Source: an uncultured Acidobacteriota bacterium
GTDB taxonomy: Bacteria > Acidobacteriota > Polarisedimenticolia > Polarisedimenticolales > DASRJG01
NCBI GenBank assembly: GCA_964628935.1
Contig: CAZVOE010000001.1
Span: 28,769 to 89,879, forward strand
Direction: 5' to 3'
Length of the DNA: 61,111 bases
The notes under the pieces are model-generated. The model was not told the DNA's origin and searched no databases. It worked only from the letters and a program-made list of their open reading frames with translations. This document shows, in pieces, positions 17,007-29,492 of the stretch. How positions within the stretch are numbered: the first letter of the stretch is position 1; every line of letters starts with the position of its first letter. The translations under genes and the position numbers were made by a program.

Positions 17007-20000
17007 GCGGCCCCCTTTCCCAGGACCGCCTCCACGACGTCCCTCGCCGCCCGAATCCGCTCCGAGGCCCTGGCCGGAGCCGGAAGGACCATCATGCCCG
17101 AGGGGGCGAGCGAGCCCCGCCGGATCCTCACCAGATCCACGAGCCGTGCGGCGTCGACCGGCGATCGCTCGTGGAATCGGACCCGCATCCTGCCGTCGGC
17201 CACGTCGATCGAGCGCACCCCCGCGGCCTCGGCGAGTAGGCGGAGCCGGGCGACCGCGAACAAGTTCCGCCCCGACGGAGGAAGATGCCCGCTGCGATCC
17301 TCGGTATCGGCCTCGAGTCGGTCGATCTCCGACTCGTCGCGCGAGGCCGCGAGTCGCTTGTATAGGGCGAGGCGATCGCCGACGTCAGGGAGGTAGCTCT
17401 CCGGGATCTTGATATCGACGCCGAGGTGGACGGCGGCCGGGGTCCGCTCGACGACGGGTTCGCCCTTGAGTTCGCGCACGGCCCGCTCGAGCATCTGGAC
17501 GTACAGATCGAAACCGAGCGCGGCGATGTGGCCATGCTGCCGGGACCCGAGGAACTCCCCGGCGCCTCGGATCTCGAGGTCGGCCGCTGCGAGGCGGAAG
17601 CCCGAGCCGAGTTCCTGAAACTCCTGGAGCGCCTTGAGGCGCCGCTTCGACGTCTCCGTTAGGACGTGCCGTCCGGGCACGAGGAAGTAGGCGTAAGCCC
17701 GCTCCTCGCTGCGCCCCACCCGCCCGCGGAGCTGGTAGAGCTGCGCCAGCCCGAAGTGGTCGGCTCGATTGACGAGGATCGTGTTCGCCTTCGGAATGTC
17801 GAGACCGTTCTCGATGATCGTGGTCGTCACCAGCACGTCGGCCTCGTGGCGCACGAACCGGAGCATCACCGTTTCGAGTTCGCGCTCGCGCATTTGACCG
17901 TGGGCGACCGCCACTCTCGCTTCCGGGGCCATCTCCCGCAGCGCCCGCACGAGCGGAGGGATCGTCTCCACCCGATGATGGACGAAGAAGACCTGCCCTC
18001 CGCGCCGCAACTCCTGGCGGATCGCCTGAGCGACGATGCCCTTCCGGAACGGAACAACGTAGGTCTGGATCGCCGACCGTCCTGTCGGAGGCGTTTCGAT
18101 GATGGAGAGGTCGCGGGCCCCGGCGAGCGACATCTGGAGCGTGCGGGGGATCGGCGTCGCGGTCATGGAGAGGACATCGATCCCCACCGAGAGCCTCTTG
18201 AGACGCTCCTTGTCGGAAACGCCGAATCGTTGCTCCTCGTCGACGATCAACAGCCCGAGCGCCCGGAACCTCGCGTCGCTCGACAAGAGCCGGTGCGTCC
18301 CCACGACGAGGTCGACCTCTCCGCGCGCGACGGCGTCGAGGACCCTCCGGGTATCGGCGCCGGACCGGAATCGCGAGAGCATCTCCACCTTGACGGGGAA
18401 GGGCGCGAATCGCTCCCGGATCGTCTGGTGGTGCTGCGCGGCCAGGACGGTCGTGGGCGCCAGGAACGCGACCTGCTTGCCGTCCATGATCGCCTTGAAG
18501 GCGGCTCGGATGGCGACTTCAGTCTTGCCGAATCCGACGTCCCCGACGACGAGGCGGTCCATGGGGCGATCCGATTCCATGTCCTCCTTGATCTCGCGGA
18601 GTGTCCGCCTTTGGTCCTCGGTCAGCTCGAACGGGAACGCCGCCTCGAGTTCGCGCTGCCACGCTCCGTCGGGGGAGAACGCGTGTCCCTTCGCAGCGCG
18701 CCGCTCGGCGTAGAGCTCGAGCAGGTCCTTCGCGAGCGATTCGACCGACTTTCGGACCCGGGTCTTGACCCGGTCCCACCCCGGACCGCCGAGCTTGTCG
18801 AGCGGCGGTCTCTGCCCCGCGACCCCGCTGTACTTTTGCACGAGATCCAGCCGGTCGACGGGAACGAACAGGCGGTCGCCGCCCTGAAACTCGAGCACCA
18901 TGAAGTCCCGGTTGAGGCTCCCGCCCTTCGGCCGGCCGAGCCCCACGTATCGCGCCACGCCATGGTCGGTGTGCACCACGAGGCCGCCGGGCTCGAGGTC
19001 GCGGAAGTCGGAGACGAACGCTCCCTTCCCACGCCCCCTCTGTTCCGCACCCTTCGGCTCCTCGCCGAAGATCTCGCGCTCGGCGAGGATGGAGATCGCC
19101 TGGTCGGGAAGGTCGAACCCGTGGCGGAGACCCCCGACCGTCACGAAGAGTCCGCCCCGGACGGAGAGTTCCTCGCCGGGAGCGGCTCTCTCGCTCCCCA
19201 TCGCCGGGTGGAGCCCGTACTCGGAGAGGATCTCGGCGAGTCGCTCGGCCCCTCCCGTCGCCCGGAGGACGCAGATCGTTCGGACCCCGTGCGACCCGTC
19301 GTCGCGGAGCTTCGCCGCGAGCTCGTGGATCCGCCCCGACCAGCTCCGCGCCCGCCGAGTCGGTAGAAGCACGGCGTCCCGTCCGGGTGGATTCTCGAAA
19401 CGTTCCAGTTCCTCGAGAGCGACGAGTGCCATCGAGGCCTCCTGGGCGGCCACCGCCGGATCCCGCCAGAGCGCCTCGGGTGGCGGAAGGGTACGGTTGC
19501 TCCCCTGCTCCCAGGCCGCGGTCCGCTCGTGCGACGCCCGTGCGATCTCCTCGCCGGCCCTTTCCGGCTCCTCGCAGACGACGATCCCTCCGTGCAGATG
19601 CTCGAGGAGCGTCGAGGGGCGCGTGGCGACCAGCGCGGCGAGCGCCTCGAAGCCGGGAAGCCACCCTTCCGTTCGAAGTCGCTCGAGCCGCTCGCGGAAC
19701 GGGAGGACCGGCCGGTCGTCTGTCCGCGCGCGTGCCGCCCCGCCTTCGAGGTGCTGCGCGAGACGCGCGACGGCTTCGTCGTTCGCCGGGACCTCGACTG
19801 CGGGGCCGTACGCCGCCTCGGAAAGCATCCCCGTCGAACGCTGATGATCCGTGTCGAACGAGCGAATCGTCTCGACCGTGTCCCCGAAGAACTCGATGCG
19901 CACGGGCTCCTCGGCGTCGGGAGCGAAAAGGTCGACGATCCCCCCCCTTCGGCTGATCTCTCCACGCGCCGCGACGACGTCGACGCGCCGGTACCCGCCC

Positions 20001-20497
20001 CGGAGCGCCTGGAGGATCAACGCGTCGGGGGGAAGAACGTCGCCCGGACGGATGACTCGGCTCGCGGCGCGAATCTCGTCCGGCGACGGGAGCCACTCGA
20101 GGAGCGCGCGCGCCGGGGCGAGCAGGAGGAGCCGCTCCCGTCGCGCCATACGGCCAAGCGCGACGACGCGCTGGCGGGAGACCTCCGGATGCGGCGGGAT
20201 GTCGTCGTACGGGTCGGCGTCGAGGGCCGGGAACACCGCGATCGAGCGACGGTCGCCGCAGCCGAGTTCGAGGAACGCCCCGAGGTCGCGCCTCCTCGCG
20301 TCGAGTGCGGCGTCGTCGGGGACCAGTAGGAGGAGGCGCCGTTCGAGCGATCGGAAGAGAAGCGCCTCGACGAGAGCCTTCGCGCCGTCGACCAGCCCCG
20401 AAACGACGACGTGTCGACCCGCGCGACCCGATTCCTCGATCCGGCGCCACGCGTCCGAATCGAGAAGCGGCGCGAACAGGGCCGGCCCCCGCCTCAC
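17003..20497 (-). CDS. mfd: transcription-repair coupling factor Mfd
   Basis: Walker A GDVGFGKTEVAIRAA, DEEQRFGV, and the helicase C and TRCF domains are recognisable. Start inferred at GTG 20497, overlapping the rfaE2 stop, giving 1164 aa. The ORF part upstream of that is Arg/Gly-rich overlap. Confidence 0.9.
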   Translation of the reverse strand: MRRGPALFAPLLDSDAWRRIEESGRAGRHVVVSGLVDGAKALVEALLFRSLERRLLLLVPDDAALDARRRDLGAFLELGCGDRRSIAVFPALDADPYDDIPPHPEVSRQRVVALGRMARRERLLLLAPARALLEWLPSPDEIRAASRVIRPGDVLPPDALILQALRGGYRRVDVVAARGEISRRGGIVDLFAPDAEEPVRIEFFGDTVETIRSFDTDHQRSTGMLSEAAYGPAVEVPANDEAVARLAQHLEGGAARARTDDRPVLPFRERLERLRTEGWLPGFEALAALVATRPSTLLEHLHGGIVVCEEPERAGEEIARASHERTAAWEQGSNRTLPPPEALWRDPAVAAQEASMALVALEELERFENPPGRDAVLLPTRRARSWSGRIHELAAKLRDDGSHGVRTICVLRATGGAERLAEILSEYGLHPAMGSERAAPGEELSVRGGLFVTVGGLRHGFDLPDQAISILAEREIFGEEPKGAEQRGRGKGAFVSDFRDLEPGGLVVHTDHGVARYVGLGRPKGGSLNRDFMVLEFQGGDRLFVPVDRLDLVQKYSGVAGQRPPLDKLGGPGWDRVKTRVRKSVESLAKDLLELYAERRAAKGHAFSPDGAWQRELEAAFPFELTEDQRRTLREIKEDMESDRPMDRLVVGDVGFGKTEVAIRAAFKAIMDGKQVAFLAPTTVLAAQHHQTIRERFAPFPVKVEMLSRFRSGADTRRVLDAVARGEVDLVVGTHRLLSSDARFRALGLLIVDEEQRFGVSDKERLKRLSVGIDVLSMTATPIPRTLQMSLAGARDLSIIETPPTGRSAIQTYVVPFRKGIVAQAIRQELRRGGQVFFVHHRVETIPPLVRALREMAPEARVAVAHGQMRERELETVMLRFVRHEADVLVTTTIIENGLDIPKANTILVNRADHFGLAQLYQLRGRVGRSEERAYAYFLVPGRHVLTETSKRRLKALQEFQELGSGFRLAAADLEIRGAGEFLGSRQHGHIAALGFDLYVQMLERAVRELKGEPVVERTPAAVHLGVDIKIPESYLPDVGDRLALYKRLAASRDESEIDRLEADTEDRSGHLPPSGRNLFAVARLRLLAEAAGVRSIDVADGRMRVRFHERSPVDAARLVDLVRIRRGSLAPSGMMVLPAPARASERIRAARDVVEAVLGKGAA

Positions 20498-21009
20498 GGA
20501 AGTGAGCCCGAGCCCCGCCCCTCTCGGATCCGGGCGACCAACTCGGTCGTCGACGAGCCCGGCTCGAGGGGAATGGACACGACCCTTCCCCCCCTTCCCT
20601 CCACGAAGTCTCTTCCGACGATCCGGTCGGGCGTCCAGTCGCCCCCTTTGACGAGCACGTCGGGGACAACCTCCCGGATCAGCGCCTCTGGCGTGTCCTC
20701 CTCGAACCCGACGACCCAATCGACGACCGAGAGCCCCCCGAGGAGTCGCGCGCGCTCCTCGAACGCGAGGATCGGTCGCGCTGGACCCTTGAGCCGACGC
20801 ACCGACGCGTCCGTGTTGATGCCGACGACGAGGACATCCCCCAGGACCGCGGCCGCCTCCAAGAGGTGAAGGTGGCCGGCGTGGAGAAGGTCGTAGCATC
20901 CGTTGGTGAAGACGACCGTTCGCCCGCTCCGCCGGTCGGCGGCGAGTGTCGCGCGGATCGACCCCCGCGGGACGACCTTTTCCGAAGCGACCCGCGCCGG
21001 CCGACTCAC
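20494..21009 (-). CDS. rfaE2: D-beta-D-heptose 1-phosphate adenylyltransferase-type cytidylyltransferase (RfaE domain II)
   Basis: TVVFTNGCYDLLHAGHLHLL (HxGH nucleotidyltransferase motif) and VKGGDW. GTG 21009 overlaps the stop of the upstream GT2 gene. Confidence 0.75.
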   Translation of the reverse strand: MSRPARVASEKVVPRGSIRATLAADRRSGRTVVFTNGCYDLLHAGHLHLLEAAAVLGDVLVVGINTDASVRRLKGPARPILAFEERARLLGGLSVVDWVVGFEEDTPEALIREVVPDVLVKGGDWTPDRIVGRDFVEGRGGRVVSIPLEPGSSTTELVARIREGRGSGSLP

Positions 21010-21773
21010 GGGGTCTCCCGACGCCCCGTCTTCGGGGCGTAAAGGCCGCGGCGGAAACGCCACCGCACGCGAGCCACGTCGAGGAGCATGTTCATCGGAT
21101 CCCGGAGGAGGCTCACCGTGGAGCCGGGCGCGTTCCGCCAAACGACCGGGACCTCGGCCACTCGCAGCCCGAAGCGCAAGCAGAGGAAGAGGAACTCGAC
21201 GTCGAACGCGAACCGGTCGACGACCATCGTCTCGAAGAGGGGCCGGACGCGAACGCGGTCCATGAGCTTGAAGCCACACTGCGTGTCGCGGAACGGGAGG
21301 CCCGTCATGGCGCGAATGGCCAGGTTGAACGCCTTGCCCATCGACTGGCGGACGATGTTCTGCCGGATTTCGACCTTGGCGGAATCGAGCGCCCGCGAGC
21401 CGATCGCGACGTCCAAGTCTCGGTCTCGGACCGCAGCGGCGAGCACCTCATGCTCCTCAATCGGCGAGGACAAGTCCGCGTCGGTCAGGAGAACCCACCG
21501 CCCCGAGGCTTCCAGAACTCCTCTTCGGACGGAGTACCCCTTTCCCCGGTTCGCGGCGTTTCGGAGCAGTCGTCCGTGTCCGCCCGCGAGTCCTTCGGCG
21601 GCGACGCGGGCCGTTCCGTCGGCCGATCCGTCGTCCACGACGAGGATTTCGGCGTCGAGCGACCGGGAGTCCACGTATTCGGCGATCCGGTTGAGCGTCG
21701 CGGGGAGCCGCCGCTCCTCGTTGTACGCCGGAACGACGATGGTGAGATGGGTCTTGCCGACGCGGCCGGTCAC
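21006..21773 (-). CDS. family 2 glycosyltransferase (dolichyl/polyprenyl-phosphate glycosyltransferase-like)
   Basis: VVPAYNEERRLPATL, LVVDDGSADGT and LLTDADLS motifs. 255 aa. The GTG start overlaps the stop of the upstream binding-protein gene. Confidence 0.85.
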   Translation of the reverse strand: MTGRVGKTHLTIVVPAYNEERRLPATLNRIAEYVDSRSLDAEILVVDDGSADGTARVAAEGLAGGHGRLLRNAANRGKGYSVRRGVLEASGRWVLLTDADLSSPIEEHEVLAAAVRDRDLDVAIGSRALDSAKVEIRQNIVRQSMGKAFNLAIRAMTGLPFRDTQCGFKLMDRVRVRPLFETMVVDRFAFDVEFLFLCLRFGLRVAEVPVVWRNAPGSTVSLLRDPMNMLLDVARVRWRFRRGLYAPKTGRRETP

Positions 21774-22906
21774 GGTCCCCTCCCCGGGGGAGCGAGGATA
21801 CCTCCCTCGGAGACGACGCGGTCGTACGGAACGATCTCCCGGCGGCGGACCACGAGGAGTCGAGGGTAGCGCATCACGTCCCCGTTCGCGTCGAACGCCG
21901 TGGGACCCGCGGCGCCGTCGAAGTCGTCGATTGCGGCGAGCGCGTCCCGGAGCGCCTCGGGACGGAGGCGAGGGGCGTCCCGGAACGCCCGCAGCGCAAT
22001 CCGCAGGGCGTCGTACCCGTGGGCGGCCCAGGCATCGGGATCTTCGCCGTACCTCTTCCGGTATCGCTCGACGAAAAGGCTCACCGCCGGGTCATCGTCG
22101 TCGACGTCGAACGTCGCACCGGGGAAGACCGCCCCCTCCGCCGCCGGCCCCGCCGAGCGAAGGAACTCCTCACCAAGCGCCGAGGTTCCGAGCAGGCGTG
22201 CCCCGACCCCGAGTTCGTCGAGGCGCCTCGCGACTTGCGCGGTCTCTTTCGGGTAGGCGGCGACGTAGACCGCTTGCGGCGAAAGCGCTGCGATCGCGCG
22301 CACCGCGCGCTCCAGTTCTTCCTCGTTGCCCTCATGGAACATCGCGACCCCGGCGAGTTCGAGCCGTACCTCGGCGATCCGGTCGACGAACGTGTCGCGC
22401 AGTCGGACGCCGTTCCGGTCCTCCACGCCGATCACGGCGACCCGCAGGAACCCCTGATCGCGGGCGAAGTCGGCCATCGAGACCGCCTCCGCCCCGTCCG
22501 CGGGATGGATGCGGAAGACCCAGTCGCCCGCATCGGTGATCTCCGGAGCCGACGCCGTCGGGGACAGCAGGACGATCCCCCGGCGCTCGCACGCTCGGGC
22601 GAGCGCGAGGGTCACCGAGGACGAGACCGCACCGATCACGAATGGGACGCGCTCGCGGCTCGCCAGCTCCTCGAGGGCGCGGACCCCGACCTCGGGGTTC
22701 GTGGCGTCGTCCCGAAAAACCAAGGAGACGGGGCCGGGAAGGTCGCCCAATTCCGTTTCGACTTCGAGCGCCAGGTCGATCCCCTTCCGCACTTGGTCGC
22801 CGTAGCTCGCGGCTGCGCCGGTGGACGAAAGGACGCATCCGATGCGGACGTCCTGTGAGCAGCCGAGGGCAGCCGGGAGGAGCAGGAAGGCGAGAGAGGG
22901 TTTCAC
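21770..22906 (-). CDS. type-1 periplasmic binding-protein-fold lipoprotein (LivK/Peripla_BP_6-like), orphan
   Basis: Start inferred at GTG 22906, overlapping the atpC stop. The short lipoprotein signal is (M)KPSLAFLLLPAALGC. The body (IGCVLSSTGAAASYGDQVRKGIDLALE ... AHGYDAL) is typical of branched-chain amino-acid-type binding proteins. No permease or ATPase gene is adjacent. Confidence 0.7.
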   Translation of the reverse strand: MKPSLAFLLLPAALGCSQDVRIGCVLSSTGAAASYGDQVRKGIDLALEVETELGDLPGPVSLVFRDDATNPEVGVRALEELASRERVPFVIGAVSSSVTLALARACERRGIVLLSPTASAPEITDAGDWVFRIHPADGAEAVSMADFARDQGFLRVAVIGVEDRNGVRLRDTFVDRIAEVRLELAGVAMFHEGNEEELERAVRAIAALSPQAVYVAAYPKETAQVARRLDELGVGARLLGTSALGEEFLRSAGPAAEGAVFPGATFDVDDDDPAVSLFVERYRKRYGEDPDAWAAHGYDALRIALRAFRDAPRLRPEALRDALAAIDDFDGAAGPTAFDANGDVMRYPRLLVVRRREIVPYDRVVSEGGILAPPGRGP

Positions 22907-23316
22907 TCCGTCCGAGAAGCGGCTTCGATGCGCGCGAGCGCTCGCTTCAAACGCGCCTCCGCAAGCCGCAGCGCGCGATCGTCGGAGGCGCGTTCCTTGA
23001 GCTCGACCTCCGCTCGGTGCTTCGATTCGCGGGCGCGGGCGACGTCGATTTCCTCCGCCCGCTCGGCCGTCTCGGCGAGAACGGTGACCCGCTCGCGCAG
23101 CACCTCCGCGAATCCGGCCGAGATCGCGACGGCCCCCTTTCGAGTCCCCGACCTCCACCGCAACACGCCGGCGTCGAGCGCCGTCAAGAGCGGGGCGTGG
23201 CCGGGAAGCACACCGAGGTACCCCTCGGCCCCCGGGAGGATCACCTCGTCCACCGGCTGCGCGAAGACCCGCCGGGCCGGCGTCACGACCTGGAGTTCGA
23301 CCGTCGAGGAAGCCAT
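22903..23316 (-). CDS. atpC: F1 ATP synthase epsilon subunit
   Basis: 137 aa, VELQVVTPARRVFAQPVDEVILPGAEGYLGVLPGHAPLLTAL, located downstream of atpD. Confidence 0.9.
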   Translation of the reverse strand: MASSTVELQVVTPARRVFAQPVDEVILPGAEGYLGVLPGHAPLLTALDAGVLRWRSGTRKGAVAISAGFAEVLRERVTVLAETAERAEEIDVARARESKHRAEVELKERASDDRALRLAEARLKRALARIEAASRTE

Positions 23317-23323
23317 CGATCCC

Positions 23324-25630
<2,307 letters not shown>

Positions 25631-27193
25631 TCACCGGGCCGGAATGCGTTGCGCGACGAACTCGGCCTTGAACGCGTCGATCGCCTTGCCGATCCGCGTC
25701 CGAAGGTCGTCGTCCAGGGCGCCCTTCTTCAGGATCTCGTCCTGGAGGTCGCGGTGGTGCAAGTCGAGGAATCGGTTGAGACCGTCCTCGAAGGGACGGC
25801 ACTCCTCCACCTCCAGGTCGTCGAGGTACCCGTTCGTCCCGGCGAAGACGATGATCACCTGTTTCTCGACCGGAACCGGGCTGTACTGCGACTGCTTGAG
25901 GATCTCGGTGAGCCGTTTTCCGCGCGCGAGCTGCGCTTGCGTCGCCTTGTCGAGGTCCGACCCGAATTGGGCGAACGCGGCGAGTTCACGATACTGCGCG
26001 AGGGAAAGACGAAGCGTTCCGGCCACCTGCTTCATCGCCTTGATCTGGGCGTTACCGCCGACCCGGCTGACCGAGAGGCCGACGTTGATGGCGGGACGGA
26101 CGCCCGAGTAGAAGAGATCGGCCTCGAGGAAGATTTGCCCGTCGGTGATCGAGATCACGTTCGTCGGGATGTAGGCGGAGATGTCGCCGGCCTGAGTCTC
26201 GATGATCGGAAGAGCCGTCAGCGACCCGCCTCCCCCGCCATCGTTGAGTTTCGAGGCGCGCTCGAGCAGCCGAGAGTGCAGGTAAAAAACGTCCCCGGGG
26301 TAAGCCTCGCGACCCGGCGGCCGCCTCAGGAGGAGAGAGATCTCGCGGTACGCCGCCGCGTGCTTCGAGAGATCGTCGTAGATCAAGAGGACGGCGCGGC
26401 CCGGGTTGTCCTTACCGGCGGGTCGACCATTCGAGCCGTGGAACTGGAAGTACTCCCCCATCGCGCAGCCGGCGTAGGGGGCGAGGTACTGGAGCGGCGC
26501 GGGAGTCGAAGCGGCAGCGGCGACCACGATCGTGTAGTCCATGGCACCGTAGTCCTCGAACGTCTTCACGACCTGGGCCACCGTCGATTGTTTCTGCCCG
26601 ATCGCCACGTAGATGCAGATGACCCCTTTTCCCTTCTGGTTGAGGATCGTGTCGACCGCGATGGCGGTCTTCCCCGTCTGCCGGTCGCCGATGATCAACT
26701 CGCGTTGCCCGCGGCCGATCGGAATCATCCCGTCGATCGCTTTGAGGCCGGTCTGAAGGGGCTCCTTCACCGGCGTCCGCTCGACCACGCCGGGGGCGAT
26801 GCGCTCGATCGGCATCGTATGGGTCGCCGCGATCGCGCCCTTTCCGTCGAGCGGCTCGCCGAGCGGGTTGACGACCCGGCCGACGAGGGCGTCCCCGGCC
26901 GGCACCTGCATGATCCGCCCGGTGCGGCGAACCTGGTCACCCTCTTTGATCAGGGTCGTCTCGCCGAGAAGGACGGCGCCGACCGAGTCTTCCTCGAGAT
27001 TGAGCGCCATCCCCATCACGCCGTGGGGCAGCTCGAGTAGCTCGCCGGCCATCACCCGCTCGAGGCCATAGATGCGGCCGATCCCGTCGCCGACGGAGAG
27101 GATCGTTCCGACTTCGGCGAGGTCCGTCGCGCGATCGTACCCCTCGATCTGCTGCCTCAGGATCTTCGTGATCTCGTCGACCTTGATCTGCAT
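25631..27193 (-). CDS. atpA: F1 ATP synthase alpha subunit
   Basis: 520 aa with Walker [10 protein letters not shown] and a typical N-terminus, [19 protein letters not shown]. Confidence 0.95.
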   Translation of the reverse strand: MQIKVDEITKILRQQIEGYDRATDLAEVGTILSVGDGIGRIYGLERVMAGELLELPHGVMGMALNLEEDSVGAVLLGETTLIKEGDQVRRTGRIMQVPAGDALVGRVVNPLGEPLDGKGAIAATHTMPIERIAPGVVERTPVKEPLQTGLKAIDGMIPIGRGQRELIIGDRQTGKTAIAVDTILNQKGKGVICIYVAIGQKQSTVAQVVKTFEDYGAMDYTIVVAAAASTPAPLQYLAPYAGCAMGEYFQFHGSNGRPAGKDNPGRAVLLIYDDLSKHAAAYREISLLLRRPPGREAYPGDVFYLHSRLLERASKLNDGGGGGSLTALPIIETQAGDISAYIPTNVISITDGQIFLEADLFYSGVRPAINVGLSVSRVGGNAQIKAMKQVAGTLRLSLAQYRELAAFAQFGSDLDKATQAQLARGKRLTEILKQSQYSPVPVEKQVIIVFAGTNGYLDDLEVEECRPFEDGLNRFLDLHHRDLQDEILKKGALDDDLRTRIGKAIDAFKAEFVAQRIPAR

Positions 27194-27199
27194 GCGCGG

Positions 27200-27742
27200 C
27201 TACTCCTGGGACATGCGGCGCCTGAGGCGCTCGAGCTGCGTCTTGAGGCTTCCGTCGTACACCATCGACCCGACGCGGGTCACCGCTCCGCCGAGGAGGG
27301 AGTTGTCCACGTGCTCTTCGAGGCGCACCTTCTTGCCGGATAGGCGTGCGATCGAGTGCTCTGCTTGACGGCGAAGCTCGGGCGGAAGCGGCCGGACGGA
27401 GGTGATCGTGGCCTTGATGATTCCGCTTGCCGCTTCCCGTTCCTCCCGGAACACCGCGGCGATCGAGGGGAGCAAGGGGAGGCGACCATTCTCGAGGAGG
27501 ATCCCGAGGAACCTCCCCACCTCGGCGGGAACTCCGTGGACCGCCGCGAGGTCGGCGAGGACCTTTCTGCGCGCCGATCGCGGGTGTGCGGGGTTCAGGA
27601 GGACGTCTCTCAGGGCCTTCGATTCATCGAAGTGTTTCGCGAGCGCCGTGAGGAACGCGTCGGTCTGCGCGGCCCGTTGAGGATCCGGGAGCGACGCCAG
27701 CAACGCCTTGGCGTAGCGCGTCGCGAGTTTTCGGTCCGTCAT
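27200..27742 (-). CDS. atpH: F1 ATP synthase delta (OSCP) subunit
   Basis: 180 aa, LATRYAKALL..., located immediately upstream of atpA. Confidence 0.85.
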   Translation of the reverse strand: MTDRKLATRYAKALLASLPDPQRAAQTDAFLTALAKHFDESKALRDVLLNPAHPRSARRKVLADLAAVHGVPAEVGRFLGILLENGRLPLLPSIAAVFREEREAASGIIKATITSVRPLPPELRRQAEHSIARLSGKKVRLEEHVDNSLLGGAVTRVGSMVYDGSLKTQLERLRRRMSQE

Positions 27743-27877
27743 CCGCGCCTCGGAGATTCCCGCCCCGTCGGGTCCGAACGGCGCCCCTCCTCGCTCGACG
27801 CCGGTCAGCGATCGGGTTGCCGGTTCTTCCTTTTGATCACGGAAGGCGCGGAAGATAGCACGGCCGCGGCGAACGGT

Positions 27878-28315
27878 TCAAGCCGAGGCGGGCTTCTCGA
27901 CCAAGGTCGGTCGGCGGGTCGGATTCTCGGCCCGCGCATCGTCGCCATCCGGCATCGAGACCGTCCCCTCGAAGAGGCCCCCCGAATCGATTCGAAGCGC
28001 CCGTCGGCCCAGGTGGACGTGGCCGAGGACCTTGCCGCCGGAAAGGATATCGAGCCTTTGCTCGATGTGAAGGTTCCCCTTCACCGTGCCGCTGACGGTC
28101 ATCTCCGAAGCCCGAATCTCCTCGCCGGCGATCTCTCCCTTCGGACCGACGACGAGGATCGCCTCGGAGCGGACGCGGCCGTGGATCTTCCCGTCGACCC
28201 GGAACCCTCCCTGCAGGTTGAGGTCGCCCTCGAGGACCGTGCCTTCGCCGAGGAACCCGTGGATCTCCTCGCTTCCGGACGTCGAGTCTCCCCGCTTACG
28301 GCGCTTTCCGAACAT
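27878..28315 (-). CDS. bactofilin (polymer-forming cytoskeletal protein, DUF583)
   Basis: ATG at 28315, preceded by GGGAGG. 145 aa with a basic N-terminus (MFGKRRKRGD). The beta-helical repeat core is FLGEGTVLEGDLNLQGGFRVDGKIHGRVRSEAILVVGPKGEIAGEEIRASEMTVSGTVKGNLHIEQRLDILSGGKVLGHV. Confidence 0.85.
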   Translation of the reverse strand: MFGKRRKRGDSTSGSEEIHGFLGEGTVLEGDLNLQGGFRVDGKIHGRVRSEAILVVGPKGEIAGEEIRASEMTVSGTVKGNLHIEQRLDILSGGKVLGHVHLGRRALRIDSGGLFEGTVSMPDGDDARAENPTRRPTLVEKPASA

Positions 28316-28500
28316 CCAACCTCCCTCGCGAGCGGGCGTCCGACCCGGCGGCGGGCGACGGTCTCGCGTCGTCGCGTCTAGCCAGGGGCGTACCAGGGGA
28401 GAGAGGTGGTTTTTCTGAAGGAAAACGCGTGTCCACCTCGGGAAGCATCCCGTGGGATGACGGTTTCGGCAGGTCGATGACGAAAGGGTGCCGCTGGGTC

Positions 28501-28520
28501 TGCCGACATGAACGTCGGCG
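28501..28520. promoter_or_regulatory. 20-bp palindrome, copy 1 (tGCCGACA-tgaa-cGTCGGCG)
   Basis: Read directly from the sequence. One mismatch per arm to the consensus CGCCGACA-N4-TGTCGGCG. It lies in the parB-bactofilin intergenic region. Confidence 0.5.
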
Positions 28521-28560
28521 AAGCCAAACATGCAGACAAAACGGTCGGCGGATGAGACAT

Positions 28561-28580
28561 CGCCGACAAGATTGTCGGCG
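28561..28580. promoter_or_regulatory. 20-bp palindrome, copy 2 (CGCCGACA-agat-TGTCGGCG, perfect arms)
   Basis: Read directly from the sequence. It lies 4 nt downstream of the parB stop and 60 bp from copy 1. Confidence 0.5.
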
Positions 28581-28583
28581 CGA

Positions 28584-29492
28584 CTAGCGGCTTCCCTGTC
28601 CCTTCGGGCTAGCCCGTACGAGCAGCTGGTACAGCCGGTCGAGCTCGTCGGCGCTGTAGTACGCGAGTTCGATCCTCCCCCGCTTCGGACCGCCGACGAT
28701 CCGCACCTTGGTGCCAACCGCTCGCTGGAGGTTCTGCTCCGCGGCCACGACGTTCGGGTCGCGCTCCGAGGGACGCCCTGCCTTCGATCGCTTCGGACCG
28801 CTCAATCGGGCGACGATCGCTTCGACCTGGCGGACCGACAGCCCCTCGCGGACCGTCCGCTCGGCGAGCGAGGTCTGGTCGGCCGCCGAGGCGAGGCCGG
28901 CGATCGCCTTTCCGTGCCCGGCGCCGAGGCGCCCGGCCCGAAGATCGTCCTGCACTTTCCGTGGGAGGCCGAGGAGGCGAAGGGCGTTCGTGACGCTCGT
29001 GCGCTGCTTCCCCACCCGAGAAGCGACCTCCTGCTGCGTGAGGCCGAGATCGTCGAGGAGAAGCTGGTAGCCCTCGGCCTCCTCGATCGGGTTGAGGTCC
29101 TCCCGCTGGAGGTTCTCGATGAGAGCGAGTTCCAGGAGCTTCTCGTCGGGAACCTCGCGAATCACCGCGGGAACCCGGTGGAGACCGGCCCGCTGCGCGG
29201 CCCGCCAGCGTCGTTCTCCGGCGACCAACTCATACGTCCCGCCCCCGAGCGGGCGCACGATGATCGGCTGGAGAAGCCCCTGGACCTGGATCGAGGCCGC
29301 CAGTTCCTCGAGGGCGGCCTCCTCGAACGCCTTTCGGGGTTGGCGGGGGTTCGGCCGGATCCGGTCGATATCCAGCTGGACTTCGCCGGATCTCGCGACC
29401 GGACTGGCCTCGGGGGGCGGTGGAGCCGGGGTCCGCGGGGGGGCCTTGGGAATGAGACTTCCGAGCCCCTTACCGAGCGCCTTGCGTTTCAT
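28584..29492 (-). CDS. parB: chromosome partitioning protein ParB/Spo0J
   Basis: 302 aa, starting MKRKALGKGLGSLIP. It has the GERRWRAA (CTP-binding/ParB box) motif and an HTH (LTQQEVASRVGKQRTSVTNALRLL). Confidence 0.95.
   Translation of the reverse strand: MKRKALGKGLGSLIPKAPPRTPAPPPPEASPVARSGEVQLDIDRIRPNPRQPRKAFEEAALEELAASIQVQGLLQPIIVRPLGGGTYELVAGERRWRAAQRAGLHRVPAVIREVPDEKLLELALIENLQREDLNPIEEAEGYQLLLDDLGLTQQEVASRVGKQRTSVTNALRLLGLPRKVQDDLRAGRLGAGHGKAIAGLASAADQTSLAERTVREGLSVRQVEAIVARLSGPKRSKAGRPSERDPNVVAAEQNLQRAVGTKVRIVGGPKRGRIELAYYSADELDRLYQLLVRASPKGQGSR

Noticed and set aside
27743-28583. I looked for degraded atpB/atpE/atpF coding remnants upstream of atpH and around the bactofilin gene.
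   Set aside because: No frame in this interval shows the hydrophobic a/c/b-subunit patterns. The only credible ORF is the bactofilin, and the 279-aa track ORF (27878..28717) is merely its upstream extension through non-coding sequence.
29470-29492. The 23-nt parA/parB overlap, considered as a possible frameshift or fusion artefact.
   Set aside because: Both proteins have complete, canonical termini: the ParA C-terminus is followed by a stop and ParB starts MKRKALGKGLGSLIP. I take the overlap as genuine and unremarkable.
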